The translations under genes and the position numbers were made by a program. A DNA stretch of 64,000 nt from Candidatus Aenigmatarchaeota archaeon (lineage in GTDB: Archaea > Aenigmatarchaeota > Aenigmatarchaeia > GW2011-AR5): assembly GCA_016198685.1 (NCBI GenBank), contig JACQID010000008.1, positions 32,001 through 96,000 on the forward strand, written 5' to 3'. Under the pieces are notes generated by a model. The model was given only the letters and a program-made list of their open reading frames with translations, was not told the origin of the DNA and did no database searches. Positions 9,901-19,874 of the stretch are shown piece after piece. Each line of letters starts with the position of its first letter. Positions within the stretch are counted from its first letter, which is position 1.

Positions 9901-9985
9901 GGCGATTCTTCTCAAAAAACTCACTTATTGATATCTCTTTCTGCATCGCTGCCATTTCTTGTGCTGTCTTTCCCATGATCATCAC
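6947..9985 (-). CDS. top6B: DNA topoisomerase VI subunit B, intein-containing (probable start at 9976)
   Basis: EAVDNSLDA, DNGPGI, GSKFH...SRGQQGIG GHKL motifs; RFANRVPL; interrupted by intein. Confidence 0.97.
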   Translation of the reverse strand: MMIMGKTAQEMAAMQKEISISEFFEKNRHLLGFDNPTKALLMAVKEAVDNSLDACEESEILPDLAVKMKDIGEDKFLVTVQDNGPGIVREQVPRIFGKLLYGSKFHRLRQSLTHDEPVMACINGKVEILPIGELVDRYIGDAELRDVSSLNIKVPSFDWKGYKYAFRKVSHVIRHRRENEILKIKLAGNREIKVTGCHSLFSAQGAGLKEVEARNLRIGDFIAAPRAISPPEEIDEINILDYIQPGDIDANWFYVYGIEQSIFEELFKKSLTVHNKTDKSRRYYRIGGIDILDDSWKQYTSKGFMPLHLALRLVPTSMLKDCILQSYYHGKPTRIPVALKLERFFMRFLGLFVAEGHVDKRQIGLTFGKHEDSLIEETIGFARRMGLSFTVEPRERSIRVKIFGNVMSLLLEKLCGKGAHNKRIPEFIFRTSRENRQHFIDALYQGDGHKVRKRNCLMFSTVSARLCNELMYLWAMQGIAACRTRRTGKGFGRNPYTAHVVSVYGTDINSSYVFKTTNTTRMRSIYHNSAALLTEQGTDIVMLPVTAIEVLNEGYEFVYDISVPECENFIGGLGGISCHNSRGQQGIGISAVALYSQLTTGTPTKIWTRTEGDKKTTYVELNIDTMKNEPKVVKEDYLDESPLKEHGTIVSIEMSGRYRKTQGVDDYLKQTSIANPFAKITYTAPDGVKSIFPRSVNELPKAPKEMKPHPYGIEFGILQRMLVNTKSRNVSTFIANDFSSTGAQSAKEICNMAKIDAQAAPASLDRTQIEKLLKAMQEAKLQRPPLDCLSPIGGKELEKSLKKEFPGAEFIVAVQREPTVYRGNPFEIEVGIAYGGEMKADEQIQIMRFANRVPLLYQAGAGATMEAIKEIEWKRYGLQQSGSNVPVGPMVLVVHMASSWVPFVSESKEAIAPYPDIVKEMKLAIQDAGRQLSRYISGKRKEGEQKRRLQIFERYSVEVATALHILTGKEEKSILAKLKGIIENRNKLKEATEKAGDALAEEPETPKQEEGE
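8246..9655 (-). mobile_element. Intein with LAGLIDADG homing endonuclease (470 aa) in Top6B
   Basis: Splits GSKFHRLRQ|SRGQQGIG; begins SLTHDEPV, ends VYDISVPECENFIGGLGGISCHN with +1 Ser; block B IKVTGCHSLF; LAGLIDADG-like RFLGLFVAEGH and HFIDALYQGDG. Confidence 0.95.
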
Positions 9986-10484
9986 TCTTTATTTTTTTTA
10001 TAGCGCGGTAGGCATTCTTGTGAGGTGCGCCGCTTATGAGCTTGTCAAGCGCCTTTACTGCAAGTTCCACACGCTCGTGCCCCCCTATCACGGAAACCGT
10101 CTTGCCGTAAACGGAGAGCCGTGTTTTTGTTTCCCGTTCTATGCGCCTTCTTGCTTTCCCGCGCGTGCCTATGATTCTTGCTCTTACCCTTTCCAATCCT
10201 TTCTCCGGCAGGTTCATTATGTGGAGGGTTTGGGTTTCGTCAAGAAGCTTTAGCGCTGCCATTGGCGGGAACCCCCTTCCAATTGCACTTATTATTTGCG
10301 CTGCAACCATGACATCCAGGGGATCTCCCCTTATCACTATGGCATCTCCTATATTTATTCTTGTCCGCGTTTTGGCTTCTATTTCATTCTTCGTTGTACC
10401 GGCCCTGCCTATCAAAACGGCCTTTCTTTCTTCCGGTATTTTAATATCCTTTTCAGCGTAGTTATCGGAATCCATCCGCATCAC
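9921..10484 (-). CDS. KH-domain rRNA-processing protein (Dim2/Pno1/Krr1 family)
   Basis: AVLIGRAGTTK, IISAIGRGF, ARIIGTRGKARRRIE, GAPHKNAY. Confidence 0.9.
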   Translation of the reverse strand: MMRMDSDNYAEKDIKIPEERKAVLIGRAGTTKNEIEAKTRTRINIGDAIVIRGDPLDVMVAAQIISAIGRGFPPMAALKLLDETQTLHIMNLPEKGLERVRARIIGTRGKARRRIERETKTRLSVYGKTVSVIGGHERVELAVKALDKLISGAPHKNAYRAIKKIKSDDHGKDSTRNGSDAERDINK

Positions 10485-10777
10485 ATGGTCAGAATGCCTT
10501 TTCTTCGAAGAGCGTTAGACTCTGTCGAAGTATATCTCCATATTACGTCGCCGTTTGTATCGCCTTGTATGTCCCAGGGCTTTAGTATCACGTAATCCCC
10601 TAACCTTATCCACACTTTTTTCTTCAGCTTGCCGGGTATCCTGCCAAGCCGTACCTTTCCATCCTGGCATCTGACTCGGAGGCGGCTCGCGCCTAACATT
10701 GACTCGACGAGTCCAAGGACTTCGCCCTGTCTGGGGGTCCTGATTCTTACCTCTTGGGGCTGTTCATCCATGATCAT
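10481..10777 (-). CDS. eif1a: Translation initiation factor aIF-1A
   Basis: GLVESMLGASRLRVRCQDGKVRLGRIPGKLKKKVWIRLGDYVILKPW. Confidence 0.96.
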   Translation of the reverse strand: MIMDEQPQEVRIRTPRQGEVLGLVESMLGASRLRVRCQDGKVRLGRIPGKLKKKVWIRLGDYVILKPWDIQGDTNGDVIWRYTSTESNALRRKGILTM

Positions 10778-10778
10778 A

Positions 10779-11387
10779 TCACCTTATTGAGTAGACGCTT
10801 CTATAAAGCATCTTTCCATCCTTTTCTCCTGCAAGCTTAAAAGAGCTTATAACCTTGAACTCTTTTCCAAGGCTGGTAGCAACCCTGATGGCTTCGGATT
10901 TCCGTACTATTCTTGCATCATACCCCTCCTTCTTAGTGTCTATGCGAGCAAGGTACTGAGGCGCCACCATTTGTTTGACCAATTCGAGTATTTCTTCTTT
11001 CTGGCTGCCCCTTATCTGGAGAACCGCCTCATGATAATTCCCTGAAAGCCTTGAGCAGTTTTCGCAAAGTCTTTTCCTTACCGAAATGCGGATAGTCTTT
11101 AGTTCTTTTCTTGTCTTGCCCCCTGTCAGGGCTATGGTTGCAGTCACCGTTGCAGTAACAGGCCCTTTAAGGTTTGTCTCGACCTTGAAGGACTTGACGT
11201 TCTTTATGTTTTCGAGTGACTTGTCTATCCTCTCCTTAATATGATTTTGAGCCTTCTCTTCGCCGTCAGGGCAGCGGGGGCACATGATTATCTCAAAGCT
11301 CTTGAGCCTGAGAGCGCTCTTTTTAGACAGGCATTCCACGCAAATATAGCCGGATTCAGCGTTCTTTCCGCATTCTATACAGAACAT
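10779..11387 (-). CDS. NMD3-family ribosome biogenesis protein
   Basis: CxxC pairs (CIECG, CVEC, CPRC, CENC) and NYHEAVLQIRG. Confidence 0.88.
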   Translation of the reverse strand: MFCIECGKNAESGYICVECLSKKSALRLKSFEIIMCPRCPDGEEKAQNHIKERIDKSLENIKNVKSFKVETNLKGPVTATVTATIALTGGKTRKELKTIRISVRKRLCENCSRLSGNYHEAVLQIRGSQKEEILELVKQMVAPQYLARIDTKKEGYDARIVRKSEAIRVATSLGKEFKVISSFKLAGEKDGKMLYRSVYSIR

Positions 11388-11388
11388 C

Positions 11389-12453
11389 CTAATAGAACGT
11401 TTTCCATATTAAAATAGTTATCTTGTAAGGGTCTGAGCCGACAGCTCCGGGAAAATCGTACCGCATATAAGGCTGCCTTGAAGGCAGGTCTCTTTCTGAT
11501 ATAACATATCTTTCCCCGGATTCCCAGATTATCGCAGCCCTTAGCAGCTTGTTAATATCATCATTGCGTATTGTAACAGACCCGTCGTCATTTAAGATAA
11601 ACGCCTCACCGTCATAAGCTGCAAACCACAACGCTCTTCCGCCTGCTTCACGTCCTTTCACAAAAGAGACAGAACCCGAATTGATCACGCTCCCTTCCCC
11701 TGCGCTTATCTGGTTGGCGCCCGCAGAAGGATTGAAATTAAAGTTTTCAGAGCTTTGATATGCCGAAGAAGCTGTGAAATATTTCGCAATTTTGTAGGGA
11801 ATTTTCCGGATATCATCGCTTTGCGTGAATGTGCCCGGAGAACCCCCTGCGCTTCCTGTCCATTGAAGGCCGAAAACGTCAGTCAACGCAGGCCCTATAG
11901 TCTCGTCATTAAAATGCGCTTGCTGGATATCGGCGAGCAGCATAACGTTTCTGCCTTGGATGATCCAATTATCAAGTCTTTGTTGTTGGCCGGACAAGTC
12001 TGATGTGCGCAGAAATAGTATTATGTCCGCCGCTCTATCAACATTGCCTATGTCCGGGTCAGCACTCATGATTATTGAAATCACCCTTTCATTATAGGCG
12101 AAAAACGTTCCGATAAGGCCCAGCCGTGTTCTTATAATATCAGCCTCTGCGATTGTGCACACGCAATGTATCTTTATTTCAGGTGGTGGCGCTCCTGATA
12201 TCTCTGCAGAGTAATCGGTTGTAGACGGCATTATTCTATCCAGTGCAGTCTTGACAGCAGCAGGATCGCCAGAATAGAATGATTCATTTACCGTTCCGCC
12301 TATGTAAAGCGCGGAAACCGTATCCTGAACGAGGGTTCTAAGCGATGCAGAATTCCAGAACGAATAATCATACGTTGTAAAGAAATAGGTAAGTGATGTG
12401 AATAATATTATTGACGATATCAGCGCCTCCAGTATCCTTACAAACCCTTTCAT
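11389..12453 (-). CDS. Large pilin-like protein with class III signal peptide
   Basis: MKG|FVRILEALISSIILFTSL; operonic with pilus genes. Confidence 0.72.
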   Translation of the reverse strand: MKGFVRILEALISSIILFTSLTYFFTTYDYSFWNSASLRTLVQDTVSALYIGGTVNESFYSGDPAAVKTALDRIMPSTTDYSAEISGAPPPEIKIHCVCTIAEADIIRTRLGLIGTFFAYNERVISIIMSADPDIGNVDRAADIILFLRTSDLSGQQQRLDNWIIQGRNVMLLADIQQAHFNDETIGPALTDVFGLQWTGSAGGSPGTFTQSDDIRKIPYKIAKYFTASSAYQSSENFNFNPSAGANQISAGEGSVINSGSVSFVKGREAGGRALWFAAYDGEAFILNDDGSVTIRNDDINKLLRAAIIWESGERYVISERDLPSRQPYMRYDFPGAVGSDPYKITILIWKTFY

Positions 12454-12971
12454 CAGCCTGCCACCGTAATGTCCAATGTTATTAGTTCTGGCGCCAGCGG
12501 AGACTTATCAAGCAGGGCCACCCTTCTTGCAGTGTATTCTGATACACCTGCAATTGCGGGCGGCGGGCAAAAGACTAGTACATTGCCTGACTGGTCCGTT
12601 ACCTGTATCCCCACTCCTCCGCCGGATGTGAGCATCGACGTAAGTTTGACGAAATTCGCGGCAACAGGCGGGTTGCAAAAGCTGTCAAGAGTGCTGAGTT
12701 TTTCCTCGGAAAGATAGAATCTTTTGCCTGAAGATAGTCCTATTGTTTCTACCGCTTCTGGATTGCTGGCCAGCAGAATTTCCCAGTTACGAGTGCCGCT
12801 TCCGTATATCAGCATATCTGATATTCTGTATGATTCAGCTATTATGTTATTGAAATCGCTTTCTTCTTCCAGGAAGGGTATGCGGGAATTTATCGTAAGC
12901 AATATGAATGATGCCGTGCCTATGAATATAGCTATGGCAAGTATGAATTCGATGTCCAACATTCCTTTCAT
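12453..12971 (-). CDS. Pilin-like protein with class III signal peptide
   Basis: MKG|MLDIEFILAIAIF (+5 Glu). Confidence 0.78.
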   Translation of the reverse strand: MKGMLDIEFILAIAIFIGTASFILLTINSRIPFLEEESDFNNIIAESYRISDMLIYGSGTRNWEILLASNPEAVETIGLSSGKRFYLSEEKLSTLDSFCNPPVAANFVKLTSMLTSGGGVGIQVTDQSGNVLVFCPPPAIAGVSEYTARRVALLDKSPLAPELITLDITVAG

Positions 12972-12977
12972 GAGAGC

Positions 12978-13952
12978 TTACACCAGCCCGAGCCTGACTA
13001 CGATAAGGTAAATGAATACTCCAAATATGAACATGATCACGCTGTGCTTTACGCCGGCCGCAAGCGAGTCTGAGCCTATCTGGCCTGCTATGAGACCTGA
13101 GAATATGGCCTGTATTGCGACCATTACAAAAAACAGCGACTTATAGTATGATGAGGGTTCCTTTGGATCGCCAAAGCCGAAGGCAAGGGAAACTGAACCG
13201 AATGTCGTGCAACCAAAGCATGCCGGAACCGTAGAGCCTACGCATTTTTCGCAGGGGTTCTGTGTGGGAAGGAAAGATGAGTATGAACTCAGTCCTGTGT
13301 TAATGCTGGACGTAGTGCCAGGTGCAAGACGAGACTCAACAAGCGGTATAAGAAACTTGACAAGAGAGAGCGATATGCCAACGAATATGAAAAATATCGC
13401 ATATAGCATCATCACCTGCTGATTAAGAAGTGCGGCTTTCTCATCCGCGACATCTTTAAGCAATTCTATATTATTCGCCAAAGAGTCCATTATGTCTTCT
13501 ACTTTTTCGCCTGATTTATTCGCCTGCTCGATGACCATCATAGATCTTACTATCAAGGGGCTTCCACTGACTCTGTCCGTGAAGCTATCAAAGACCTTTT
13601 CTAATGGCACGTTCCAGCTGAGCTGAAGTGCCATCTTCTGCACATGGGGCGTTAACGAGCCATAATTGGATTTGGCCACAAGTCGTATGCTCTGCATTAT
13701 GCTAAGCCCTGCTCTTTGAGCTTCTGCAAGATCTCTAAGAAACACAGGGAATTCCTCTTCGTATATCTTGATCTTCTTGAACTCGAAAAAGCTGTATGCG
13801 GCATATGGAAGTATGAGGATGAGTATTCCGAGGAAAATGAGATTTGCAGAGAGTGCAAAATCCCTTCCGAATATCATCGAGAGTATCAGCATCAGGAGGA
13901 ATCCGGCTGCTGATGCGGCTATTAGCTTTTCCTTGTCACTGTATTTTTTCAT
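12978..13952 (-). CDS. Type IV pilus platform protein (TadC/ArlJ, T2SS F family)
   Basis: EFPVFLRDLAEAQRAGLSI, YGSL, multiple TMs. Confidence 0.9.
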   Translation of the reverse strand: MKKYSDKEKLIAASAAGFLLMLILSMIFGRDFALSANLIFLGILILILPYAAYSFFEFKKIKIYEEEFPVFLRDLAEAQRAGLSIMQSIRLVAKSNYGSLTPHVQKMALQLSWNVPLEKVFDSFTDRVSGSPLIVRSMMVIEQANKSGEKVEDIMDSLANNIELLKDVADEKAALLNQQVMMLYAIFFIFVGISLSLVKFLIPLVESRLAPGTTSSINTGLSSYSSFLPTQNPCEKCVGSTVPACFGCTTFGSVSLAFGFGDPKEPSSYYKSLFFVMVAIQAIFSGLIAGQIGSDSLAAGVKHSVIMFIFGVFIYLIVVRLGLV

Positions 13953-13956
13953 TGCA

Positions 13957-14817
13957 TCAACTCAATGGAGATATTGACTTTATCAGTATCATGAATCCTG
14001 CTGAAAGGAGCGGCAGAAGCACAAAAACTATGAACGTTTGTATGAGCGCAGTCTCTGCGCCTCCGCTTATCGAGGCTATGATCGACGACAAAACTATGAA
14101 GAATATAGCGCCGACTATTATCAGCGTCAGGTATATTTCTACGAATAGCGACAAATCCTGTGAGTATTTTTTTATTTTTCGCCTGTAATCGGCCATGAGT
14201 TCATTGCCCTTGCCTTTCAGGTATACATTGACGTTTCCGCCCGAGCTGTAAATATTATTTATGCCCCATAGCAGTTCTTTGAATTCCTTGGACGGAGTCG
14301 TCTTGGCCCTCTTCTTTATTGCCGAATGAATAGGCATGCCCAGAATTTCCACGTCTCTGACTATGCTCTGTGAGTCCGTGGATATCTCTCCGTATTCCTT
14401 GAATTGGGAAAGCGTCTTGAAGAAGAATATCAAGGGCACGTCGGCACTCGATACCGAAGACATGTAGGAAACTGCAAACGGCAATGCCTTGTTTATCTTC
14501 ACTTCCCTGTTTTTTGCTATGGCTCCGGGATATGAATAGAAAAGAAAGAGGAGCGCCCCAGCTATGGAAAAAGAAAGGGTTATAGAAAGTAGTATGGCTA
14601 TCAAAGGTGCCATGCCCATTAGCCCGAATATAAAGGCAAATATGACTGTCTCCATGACAAAAGTCGTGAGAGTTACGAACGCGGCTATGGACAGCCATTC
14701 TTCCAGGGTATATTTGAGGTTGGCTTTTTGGAGATTTTCCTTGACATCGAGAAAGTATACGGAAAATCCCTTCACATAGGTTCCGAATATGCCATACGAT
14801 ATGCTTTCCAACTTCAT
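13957..14817 (-). CDS. Type IV pilus platform protein (TadB/C, T2SS F family)
   Basis: INKALPFAVSYM, YGEIS, TPSKEFKELLWGI, TMs. Confidence 0.9.
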   Translation of the reverse strand: MKLESISYGIFGTYVKGFSVYFLDVKENLQKANLKYTLEEWLSIAAFVTLTTFVMETVIFAFIFGLMGMAPLIAILLSITLSFSIAGALLFLFYSYPGAIAKNREVKINKALPFAVSYMSSVSSADVPLIFFFKTLSQFKEYGEISTDSQSIVRDVEILGMPIHSAIKKRAKTTPSKEFKELLWGINNIYSSGGNVNVYLKGKGNELMADYRRKIKKYSQDLSLFVEIYLTLIIVGAIFFIVLSSIIASISGGAETALIQTFIVFVLLPLLSAGFMILIKSISPLS

Positions 14818-16619
14818 AAATCTCCCTCTATTTTCTCCATGAGGGATTCAGGCGAGGCATAGAATGAATCAAGAATGGCTCCGACTTTTCTAAAGTCTTC
14901 TATACCTTTCTTGAACATCCAGTTTATTACTTTTCCTCGTTTCTCCAGTTCTTCTTTCATACGGCTGTGTGATATGCCCATTGATTCGGCTACCTTCTTC
15001 AGAGCGACGCTCTTGTTTTTTGCAATATATCTGTCGTTCTTCGGGTCCCAAGCGAACACCTCATCCATAATAGGCGCCTTGGTCTTATCGTCGAATCCTA
15101 TGACCTCAACAAGAGAGCTTATCCTCCTGATGTATTTCCTGCCGCGCTTGAAGCGCTTAAGGAATATTATCACGTCCAAATTCTGCATAAGGTAAGGTGG
15201 CAATCCTATGGGTTCTGTCGTTAGCCTGTCTATGAGCTTGTTGAAATCCTCAGCGTGTATGGTTGAGAGGCCTGCATGGCCTACGGCCATCTGTTGGAAC
15301 AGCACATAGGCTTCCTTGCCTCTAACTTCACCTACGATGATATAGTCAGGTCTTTGCCTCAAGGACTCCTTCAGAAGTTCGAACATGTCGACTTGCGTTC
15401 TGTTCTCGGAAACCGAGACTCTCGACACTTCAGGCACCCAATGGGAATGCGGCAGCCTCAGTTCAGCGGTATCCTCAATGCTGACTATCTTCATCTGCGG
15501 CTTAATGAAAAGCGATAGGACATTAAGGAAAGATGTCTTGCCGGTTGCCGTCCCGCCTGAAACGAGAAAGCTTTTGCCGTATTCTATGAGCATCCAGCAA
15601 TATGCAAGTATAGCTGTATCCGACGTTCGGTATTTTATCAGGTCGACAGGCGTTAAAGGCTTTTCAGTAAACATTCTGATGGTAAAATTGCTCCCCCTTC
15701 TTGCGATGTCGCTGCCCAGAGTGGCCTGAACTCTCGATCCGTCAGGAAGCGTGCCGTCAAGAAGCGGGTGCGTTATAGATATGGTCTTCCCGCACCTTTC
15801 GCCCAGACGGTTTGCAAATGAATCCAGCTCCCTTGTATCGTCGAATTTGATGTTCGTTCTCACTGAGCCAAGACGCGAGTCTCTATGATACACGTAAATA
15901 TTAACGCTCTTGCCGTCGCACGATATGTCTTCTATATTTTTGTCCGCTAGCAGCGGCTCTATCTTGCCCATCCCAACGAAGTCGCGCATGACATAATATC
16001 TTAGTGCCGCCCTTTTCGAAGGATCGGTTCTGTGGCCGAAGTATCTTATTGCATTATCCACGAATTTGTCTATGTATCGTTCTATGCCCGCAGTGCGTAT
16101 TTCTGAGAAGTTTATGTCGACTTTTTCCTGTATGTAGTTCTTTATCTCTTCTATCATGGAAATATCTTGCGGGCTTATTTGCGGTTCAATAACCTCGTAA
16201 ACGAGTTCTTGCCCGCGTTTATCATAAAATATACGGACGCTGATTTCAACTCCAGGGGTTGAGAAACTCCGGAACTCCAACGGGTATTGTATGCTTATTG
16301 TCTCAAGGCCGCTCGTTTTTTCTGGCTCTGCGCTTTGTTCTTCTTCTGGCTCCTGTTCAGTATGTATAACAGGTATAGGCACGCCTTCCTCTATCATCTT
16401 AAGGAACGGTCCTGTAGGCATCCCTCTGGGAGTGTATTCGTCGTTTCCGGGTTGCTGCCACGGGAAGCCGAAAGGTTGCATCTGCCCGACAAACCCTCCG
16501 GTCATTGCAATATTATTTGCCGGCGTCGGTGTTTCTCGCTCACGAGGCTGGTCTTTTTTCAGCCCGACCTTGAGCTTTCGCCCGCCAAATCTTACATATA
16601 CAGAACGCGCTTCATCCAT
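14814..16619 (-). CDS. Type IV pilus assembly ATPase (VirB11/ArlI/TadA family)
   Basis: Walker A GGTATGKT, SIEDTAEL, SLRQRPDYIIVGEVRGKEA, STIHA. Confidence 0.95.
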   Translation of the reverse strand: MDEARSVYVRFGGRKLKVGLKKDQPRERETPTPANNIAMTGGFVGQMQPFGFPWQQPGNDEYTPRGMPTGPFLKMIEEGVPIPVIHTEQEPEEEQSAEPEKTSGLETISIQYPLEFRSFSTPGVEISVRIFYDKRGQELVYEVIEPQISPQDISMIEEIKNYIQEKVDINFSEIRTAGIERYIDKFVDNAIRYFGHRTDPSKRAALRYYVMRDFVGMGKIEPLLADKNIEDISCDGKSVNIYVYHRDSRLGSVRTNIKFDDTRELDSFANRLGERCGKTISITHPLLDGTLPDGSRVQATLGSDIARRGSNFTIRMFTEKPLTPVDLIKYRTSDTAILAYCWMLIEYGKSFLVSGGTATGKTSFLNVLSLFIKPQMKIVSIEDTAELRLPHSHWVPEVSRVSVSENRTQVDMFELLKESLRQRPDYIIVGEVRGKEAYVLFQQMAVGHAGLSTIHAEDFNKLIDRLTTEPIGLPPYLMQNLDVIIFLKRFKRGRKYIRRISSLVEVIGFDDKTKAPIMDEVFAWDPKNDRYIAKNKSVALKKVAESMGISHSRMKEELEKRGKVINWMFKKGIEDFRKVGAILDSFYASPESLMEKIEGDL

Positions 16620-16623
16620 GCTT

Positions 16624-17076
16624 TTAACCTGCCGAGAGCCTTAGACCGCTTCCTTCCTTGCGGATTTCCACAAATTCGGATCCGCTTGTAGCAAAGCCTG
16701 ATATAATATCAATGTCGCCGACTATATTAAAAATTTTTTCGCGTATTCCCTCGCCTGAGGAGCTTGTAAGATTCAGATAACAATTGCTGCTTGATAAACA
16801 GTTCCCGCCGGTTTCTGATTCGAGTCTTATGTAATAGCTGCTCTCAGATATAGTGGCAGGAACCCTGATGCGTATTGCGCCATTGGGGAGTTCCGATGCC
16901 TTGGCCATCGCAGATTTTACGCTGTTTGAAACCGATTCAAACTGGCTTCTTGCCGATGCGCCCTTTACCGTTTCTGAAACCCCGGAGAAGCTGATTATCA
17001 TATAGCTGGCAAGAAGGATGCCTATCGCGAAGAAAAGAACTTCCATTATTATCCTATACTGGCCTCGCATAAGCAA
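16624..17076 (-). CDS. Pilin-like protein
   Basis: MRG|QYRIIMEVLFFAIG class III-like leader. Confidence 0.72.
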   Translation of the reverse strand: MLMRGQYRIIMEVLFFAIGILLASYMIISFSGVSETVKGASARSQFESVSNSVKSAMAKASELPNGAIRIRVPATISESSYYIRLESETGGNCLSSSNCYLNLTSSSGEGIREKIFNIVGDIDIISGFATSGSEFVEIRKEGSGLRLSAG

Positions 17077-17103
17077 TAATCGGCAGGTACGGCTTAAAAG
17101 CTC

Positions 17104-17709
17104 TTATGCCTCTATGGACACGCTCACGAGCGACTTCTTTTCGTTTGTTCCAGTGTCACCGAGTTTTTCCAAGACTATAAAGCTGTCTCTATTGCCAAGC
17201 TGCGGCCCTGGACTCTGAAGATCTATTTTCCTGCTTTCGATTGTCTGGCCTATCCTAAGCTCGACCGGCACAAGCGTGTAAGCGACAGAATATCTCCTGC
17301 ATGATTGGTCTCCTTTTTCTATGCAGGTGCTGAGTACGCACAATGTCAGTGGTGAATTGTCCTGCCAGAAACCCTGGCTTATTCCGCAATCATTACGGCC
17401 TAGCGGTATTTCGGCCTCTGAATCGTAAAGAGTTCCGGATGTTATCATTCTCATTTCTATTTTTTCCGTTGCCGGATCGAAAGAGACATCCGAGTCCACA
17501 GTAACGGGTATTCTTACCCTACCTCCGTTGTTTGCCACTTCCTTGAGGCTGTTTTCAAGGTTGATCATGAAATTGCGGGAATTTTCAAGTGAAGAAGCGT
17601 CTCTTGTCTTGTCAAGAAGCGGAAGCCCTATTGCGGTGACTGCAGTGACTACGGCTATAAGGATGCCTGTAAGTAATACGGAAGAAACTATCTGTTCGAC
17701 TCCCTTCAT
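17104..17709 (-). CDS. Pilin-like protein
   Basis: MKG|VEQIVSSVLLTGILI class III-like leader. Confidence 0.75.
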   Translation of the reverse strand: MKGVEQIVSSVLLTGILIAVVTAVTAIGLPLLDKTRDASSLENSRNFMINLENSLKEVANNGGRVRIPVTVDSDVSFDPATEKIEMRMITSGTLYDSEAEIPLGRNDCGISQGFWQDNSPLTLCVLSTCIEKGDQSCRRYSVAYTLVPVELRIGQTIESRKIDLQSPGPQLGNRDSFIVLEKLGDTGTNEKKSLVSVSIEA

Positions 17710-17710
17710 T

Positions 17711-18106
17711 CTAGCGCCCTCTCTTGAATTTCATGTTGGGCATTGTAGTGAGAATCAGTGCGTTGAGTCTTTTCTCGAGCTTGGCAAGCTTTTCGTTCAC
17801 TTTTGCGGAGTTCTCGTCCGATTTCTTGCCCGACTCCTCTATGTCAGTTTCAGAAGCAATTTCGAGCTTCTGCATGAAGTCAGTGAGATTTTCATTGAGA
17901 GAATTAACGGATTCCATGAGCTTGGCAACACGGTCTACGAGGTCGGAATTAACCTTTATCATTTCATCGACAATGGTCTGGTTTGATTTTACGACTTCAA
18001 CCAGCGCCTTTGTAGATTCACCGCCTCCGGTGTTTTCCATTTGCTCTATTTTTTTCTCAAGTCTTCTTATCGGTCCTATAGGCACAAGTTCGTATTCCTC
18101 TTCCAT
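17711..18106 (-). CDS. Hypothetical coiled-coil protein
   Basis: 131-aa acidic helical ORF with GGTGA SD; first gene of the pilus-like operon. Confidence 0.7.
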   Translation of the reverse strand: MEEEYELVPIGPIRRLEKKIEQMENTGGGESTKALVEVVKSNQTIVDEMIKVNSDLVDRVAKLMESVNSLNENLTDFMQKLEIASETDIEESGKKSDENSAKVNEKLAKLEKRLNALILTTMPNMKFKRGR

Positions 18107-18227
18107 TTTATCACCGCAATTATAATTATGATATTCTCATAATTAATGGCTGATTGTATATAAAGATTAGTTGCCTTTCCCAATGCTCAATAGGAAAGGC
18201 TAGAAAAAGGAAAATCTAAAATCGGCG

Positions 18228-19853
18228 CTACTCGCCCATCTCGCCGCCCGGCATGGGAGGAGCCGAAGTGCCTGTGGACTTGGACGTTATCACGTCGTCT
18301 ATCCTCAGTATCATTTCCGCAGCTTCGGAAGCCGATGTAATGGCCTGAGTCTTTGTTTTTAACGGCTCTACAACGCCCATCTGCTTCATGTCAGCGACGC
18401 CCGCCTTGAACACGTCAACCCCCATCGTTTCCCCGCCTTTGTCGTGTTTTGTACGGAGGTCTACTAGAATGTCTATCGGGTCGCGGCCCGTGCTTTCAGC
18501 CAGTGTGCGAGGTATAATCTCAAGGGCTTCTGCGAAGGCATTTATTGCAAGCTGCTCTCGTCCGCCAACTGAATCAGCGTAAGTCTTCAGGCGCCTTGAA
18601 AGCTCGATTTCAGACGATCCGCCTCCGAAAACCACCTTTCCGTTTTCAAGGGCGGCTATGATGCCGAGAACTGCATCATCCATTCCCCTCTTGACTTCAT
18701 CAACGACATGCTCTGTGCTTCCGCGCGCAAGTATGGAAACTGCCTTCGGATCTTTGCACTCTCTTACAAAAATCATCTGGTCGCCGGCTATTTTTCTTTC
18801 CTCAACAAGCCCTGCGTAGCCAAGATCCGTCTTGGAAAGTTCGTCAACACTAGAGATTATCTTTGCGCCTGTAGCCTTGGCCAGCATTTCTATGTCGCTT
18901 TTTTTGACGCGTCTTGCAGCGGTTATGTTATTCTTGGCAAGATAATGCTGGGCTAAATCGTCTATGCCTTTCTGGCAAAAAGCGACGTTGGCGCCGCTGT
19001 CCACGACTTTCTTTACCATGCTCTTGAGCATTGCGCTTTCCTGTTCAAGGAAGGCCTGCAGCTGCTCAGGCGTATTTACGCGTATCTCTGTCGTCCTTTC
19101 TGTTTCCTTTACTTCCAAAGCGCAATCGAGCAGCGCTATCTTGGCGCCTTTTATGATTTTGGGCATTCCGGGATGAACTACCTCCTTGTCAATAACGAGG
19201 CCTTTTATCAATTCGGAATCCTCCACGCTCGCGCCATGCTTCTTTTCTATCTTGATATCATCCTTGTTTATCTTGACAGAACCGTCTTGCTTCTCAGCAA
19301 CGAGCTTCACCGCCTGTACTGCAAGTGCAGAAAGACTGTCTTTAGCTGTTTCGCCGCTCTTGCCTGTAATTGCAGTCGTGGCTATTTTCTTGAGAAGATC
19401 TTCGTCTTCAAGAGAAACCTTTGTAGCGAAGGAATTCAGTACTTCTATAGACTTGGATTTTGCCAGCCTGTAGCCTCTTACTATGACCGTGGGATGCACT
19501 TCCTGCTCCAGAAGGCCTTCGGCTTTCTTCAAAAGTTCGCCGGCTATAACAACCGCAGTTGTTGTGCCGTCACCAACCTCATTTTCCTGGGTCTTGGCAA
19601 CTTCGACTATCATTTTAGCCGCAGGATGCTCAACTTCCATCTCTTCAAGTATCGTGACGCCGTCATTGGTTATGGTTACATCGCCAATAGAATTGACCAG
19701 CATCTTGTCCATGCCTTTCGGTCCCAATGTCGTTCGGACGCTCTCTGCAACGGCCTTTGCGGCCGCTATATTCCTGCTTTGGGCATCCTTGCCTGTATTC
19801 CTGAGCGAGCCCTCAGGTAATATGAATATCGGCTGTCCTCCAAGCTGATTCAT
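18228..19853 (-). CDS. ths: Thermosome subunit (group II chaperonin)
   Basis: [32 protein letters not shown]. Confidence 0.98.
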   Translation of the reverse strand: MNQLGGQPIFILPEGSLRNTGKDAQSRNIAAAKAVAESVRTTLGPKGMDKMLVNSIGDVTITNDGVTILEEMEVEHPAAKMIVEVAKTQENEVGDGTTTAVVIAGELLKKAEGLLEQEVHPTVIVRGYRLAKSKSIEVLNSFATKVSLEDEDLLKKIATTAITGKSGETAKDSLSALAVQAVKLVAEKQDGSVKINKDDIKIEKKHGASVEDSELIKGLVIDKEVVHPGMPKIIKGAKIALLDCALEVKETERTTEIRVNTPEQLQAFLEQESAMLKSMVKKVVDSGANVAFCQKGIDDLAQHYLAKNNITAARRVKKSDIEMLAKATGAKIISSVDELSKTDLGYAGLVEERKIAGDQMIFVRECKDPKAVSILARGSTEHVVDEVKRGMDDAVLGIIAALENGKVVFGGGSSEIELSRRLKTYADSVGGREQLAINAFAEALEIIPRTLAESTGRDPIDILVDLRTKHDKGGETMGVDVFKAGVADMKQMGVVEPLKTKTQAITSASEAAEMILRIDDVITSKSTGTSAPPMPGGEMGE

Positions 19854-19874
19854 TATTCACGCACCTCCTGTATA

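Noticed and set aside
9921-9985. 65-nt overlap of the KH gene with top6B across an A-rich run as possible recoding
   Set aside because: Both frames are intact; a C-terminal read-through tail or a homopolymer error is simpler
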